A DNA stretch of 64,000 nt from Chara braunii (lineage: Eukaryota; Plantae; Charophyceae): NCBI GenBank assembly GCA_003427395.1, contig BFEA01000037.1:4323127-4387126 (forward strand). The letters are read 5' to 3'. Below are positions 60,297-64,000 of this stretch, piece by piece. Both the position numbers and the translations under genes were made by a program. How positions within the stretch are numbered: position 1 is the first letter of the stretch; each line of letters starts with the position of its first letter. The notes under the pieces are model-generated. The model saw only the letters and a program-made list of their open reading frames with translations. It was not told the DNA's origin and searched no databases.

Positions 60297-62311
60297 CAGG
60301 AGGGAGCAATCGAGTGCCGTAGCGTGCCGTAGCGTGCTGTAAGAGTGAGAGAGATTGATTTCCATCGACAGGATGAGCAACACACCGACAAACAGGTAAG
60401 TCTCCAACCCTGCGGCTCGCCCCTTGCGACTTCCATCGATAGGATGACCAAAAATCGAATGAATCTTCCACAAGTCTCCAACCCTGCGGCTGGTCCCACG
60501 CGACAGGGAAGGCGTGGACCGGACCCGTTGGCCGCCCGCATCCGCTCTTCCGCATGTCGGCCTCGGCACCAAGCTTCTGTCCGCGCGCGCCTTCCACTCC
60601 AGCGTTCCATTGGCCCCTGCCGTTCCGCGCTCCCCTTGACGCGCTTCGGTTTCCGCTGCGGTCGTCGGTCTGGGCCTCCGCCGCCTGGACCTCGCATCCG
60701 CCCTGGGCCCACCCACGCCGCTTTTCACCCACCCGCGTGCTGCGCACGTTTGCCTGGGCCTTCGCCCTCTCGCCCAGTTCGCTTTTCCCTGCCCGCGAGT
60801 TTCCTTGCCCGCCTCGGCGCGGGCCTTGCCCCTGCACCGGTTCCCCTACCCGGTTCCGCCCCTCCACAGGTTTCCCTTGGGCCCGCGATCGAGCATGTCG
60901 GTGGGACCTGAGGTAAGACATACCCTTTTCAATCCCTCTAGTCACTGTTTAGAGTAACTTTATACACCCCAAACACTCTTGGGTGACCCACCACCGAAAT
61001 GGAAGGTAAGGCCGGATTCTGACAGCTCAGGCCGAGTGCAGGCCGGGCTTGAAGTCAAGTTTCTTGTTTTTGGAGATCCTTCCCTCTTTTTTGACCCGCC
61101 TGGTTTTGGGGGCGATCCCCACCGGCCCAGCTGGCCCAGGCATGCCTGGCCGGGCGACGGCCCAGCCTAGATTAGAGGACCTTTTAGTGCGTTTTTTATG
61201 TATCGGGGTAAAATGAAACGGTTTTCACTTGTTAAGCAGTAGCGAATGCAGATGCCAGGACTCAATCCTTAGTTCTCACCTTACCTGTGTACAGTATCTG
61301 TGTCGACCCCAGGAGTTGAACCCATGACCTGTGTATTCGTAACCGTGGTAGAGTGTCGTAGGGTCTATAGGTTGTAAGGGTTTGATTTGTAGATCTGTCG
61401 GGTAGAGGTCTTAGGAGTTCTAGAAGTCGTAGCTTCAGGACTTCTGGAAGGTCAAGGTCGTAGCTGCTACAGTCCTGAAAGGTCAAGGTCGTAGCTGCTA
61501 CAGTCTCCGAAAGGCCAAGACTAAACCTTTCGGAAGGTCCTAGTATTGGCCTTTCGAAGCTGCTCACGTTTGGGACAGAGGCAAGTGGGCAAGTGGTGGA
61601 GTGTACCCGTGCTGAGTCAGCAGTCCGAGTCCCAGGCAGTCCTAGTCTAGTCAAGCAAGTACCGTACGGGACTGTGTGCACCACGGGCATGGGAAAGGGG
61701 GCCGGACCAACGAGCTACAAAAGTATAAATTGAGCGGCAGCGACCAGCCATTCATTCATAAGCCATGCGGAAGTGCTGCCACAACTTGTGCGAGGTGGTT
61801 TGCAGTAGGCCCGAAGATGAAGTGGGCGAGAAGGAAGCTTAATAGCGATAGGGTAGGCAGCGGCCATAGCCGCCATAGCTGATAGGAGAGAGAGTGGCGT
61901 ATATAGTGTGTTGCGTGTGGGATATCCAGGGTGATCCAGAGTTGGAAGTGTGAGAGAACAGTGGTGTTGGACACAATGACGAGAGCTGGGATGTATAGGT
62001 GCTGGTGTGTACCATAGCCTGTTGAAGCGAGTTTGCATCTGAACTGTGTTCTGGGTTTCCACATTTCCGAGTTTGAGTGGGCGCTTGTCGCCAGTTTGCT
62101 GTGCAACCTGTTTGTATGCATGTGAAGGAGAACGAAAGTGAGTCTGATTGCACTGGTATCGGAGCTGGTACCCGCTATCCTGTGCGCCATTGCCGTTGCA
62201 GCAGGAGAGAGACGCGCGCCGTAGGATGCCATAGTTGAGGAGCGCCGTTGAAGAAGGAAGTCGCTGCGGAAGAAGGTGCCGTGTACCTGTAAGGAATACA
62301 ACGACGAAGAA

Positions 62312-62313
<2 letters not shown>

Positions 62314-62390
<77 letters not shown>
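62314..62390. repeat. Compound (CA)n(GA)n microsatellite
   Basis: Perfect runs. Confidence 0.97.
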
Positions 62391-62392
<2 letters not shown>

Positions 62393-62757
62393 GAGCGATA
62401 CAAGATTGGTTTTACCACGTACTTGCGCTGAAGATATTGTCCCGAAGTGAGAGAGGGAGGAGTAACGTAAGATTGGTTGTGCTGTCCAAGACGAAGTAGC
62501 GGCCATAGCCACGGAGCTCAGGACATGGAGGAGAGAGGAAGGTCAAGTAGAGAAGGGAGGGGAGATCGGAGAGGAAGAAGGAAGGAGGGACAACGAAGTG
62601 GAAGGCAGACAGTGCGGGTGAACAAAACCCCTACGACAGGATAGAGGTCGCGCGAGGAACAACTTACCTTTGCCCAAGGGGGTGTCACCACCCTTCGATA
62701 GGCGCATCCCTGTCGAGTTACCGAACCACGCGCGAAAGCTCTTCGAGTGCAATCACA

Positions 62758-64000
62758 GGTTAGCGGAGAACTTGGGCTGCAAAAATGTAAGGCTAGCAGG
62801 CTAGTAGAGAACTATGGCTCCATGTGTGCGTCTTCTTTCTATAATTACTACAAGCAGAATCGTAGGGAGGGTACGTAGCTAGTTTTTATCTCTGAGAAAG
62901 GGGAGGTCGTGAAAACACCCCCCAGAGATGGAAGCAATTGTTCCTTAGTATCCCGACCTTTTTGAGCAGCCTAGGGGCGTAGTCGAGAGGGAGATACTTC
63001 ATGCAATTGAAGTCATTCCAGGTAGCGAAGTACCTAGAGGACGGATATTTATGATGTCTCCTGCTAAGTTAGATGAGCTTTGTCGACAACTCAAGGAGTT
63101 CTCAAAGAAGGGTTGGATCCGGCTTAGTACATCCCCCTATGGTGTGTCCGCGTTGTTTGTTCCCAAGAAAGGGGGTACCTGTTCCTCAGTGTCGCGACCT
63201 TTTTGAGGAGCCTAGGGGCGTAGTCGAGAGGGAGATATTTCATGCAATTGAAGTTATTCCAGGTAGCGAAGTACCTAGAGGACGGATATATAGGATGTCT
63301 GCGACAAAGTTAGATGAGCTTCGTCGACAACTCAAGGAGTTCTCAGAGAAGGGCTGGATCCGGCTTTGTACATCCCCCTATGGTGCGTCAGTGTTGTTTG
63401 TTCCCAAGAAAGGGGGGACCTTAAGGATGTGCATTGACTATAGGGGCCTTAATGCCATCAGCGTTAAGAAATCGGATCCCCTAGCTTGCATCAACGATCT
63501 CTTGGATAGAGTGCAGGGATGACGGTACTTAACAAAGATAGATTTGAAGTCCGGATACCATCAGATTGATATTAGACCGGAGTATTAACACAAAACCACT
63601 TTCCAGGCCAGGTACGGGCTGTACAAGTTTCTGGTGACGCCCTTTGGTTTATGCAATGCTCCTGGGATATTCCAGCATGCGATGAACAAGATTTTTCATG
63701 ACTACTTATACAAGTTTATCATTGTTTATCTCGACGATATTTTTATATTTAGTAGGACTGTAGAGGAGCACGCTGAGCACGTTAAGACAATGCCAGGTCT
63801 CCTAAGACAACACCAATACAAGGTTAACTTGGATAGATGCGAGTTTGGTCGCACCAAAATCTTGTACCTCAGTCATGAAATTTCAATAGACGGATTGAGG
63901 CCAGATGATGCCAAGGTCGCCAGCATATTGGACTGGCCTAGACCTCAGTCCGTGACTGAGGTGAGGTTATTCTTGGGGATGACGAGCTACTACCGCCCGT
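62758..64000 (+). mobile_element. Ty3/Gypsy fragment of the E family (RT), running off the window to the right
   Basis: NYGSMC linker; DLFEEPRGVVERE; [11 protein letters not shown]; PFGLCNAP; VYLDDIFIFS; ~241-bp tandem duplication 62940-63180/63181-63421. Confidence 0.93.

Noticed and set aside
61300-61360. tRNA-like GGTCATGGGTTCAACTCC on the minus strand
   Set aside because: No A box on the same strand at a suitable distance.
57256-62512. Long ORFs such as 57256-58116, 60229-60945 and 61715-62512
   Set aside because: Produced by microsatellites, GC-rich or stop-poor composition and N runs.

Overview
Eukaryotic nuclear DNA made almost entirely of decayed, nested transposable elements. I found no intact host gene. 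The host is inferred to be a streptophyte alga, most likely Chara, from the Ty3/Gypsy families, a GIY-YIG-RT Penelope-like element and green-lineage mitochondrial fragments. Gypsy A (15324-55724, -) carries Gypsy F (15427-24295, -) in its 3' LTR and chromovirus B (26431-50263, -, TSD ACAGG) in its pol, at the RT/RNase H boundary. B's leader carries a Chlamys-type Penelope-like element (PLE-2, 33901-39693, +) and Gypsy E (40222-48383, +). PLE-2 has a zinc-knuckle ORF1, a GIY-YIG-RT ORF2, pseudo-LTRs, a 14-bp TSD and a pseudoknotted type I hammerhead ribozyme behind a TATA box. Also present: two more copies of the E family at the window edges, a second divergent PLE RT (about 12046-13130), a Tourist-like MITE (2590-3538), a tRNA-headed SINE-like element (about 14600-15002), two mosaic mitochondrial inserts (atp9-nad4 and rns-rnl), and several micro- and minisatellites. 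Several N gaps have duplicated flanks that may be assembly artefacts. All calls are by eye; no alignments or database searches were run.
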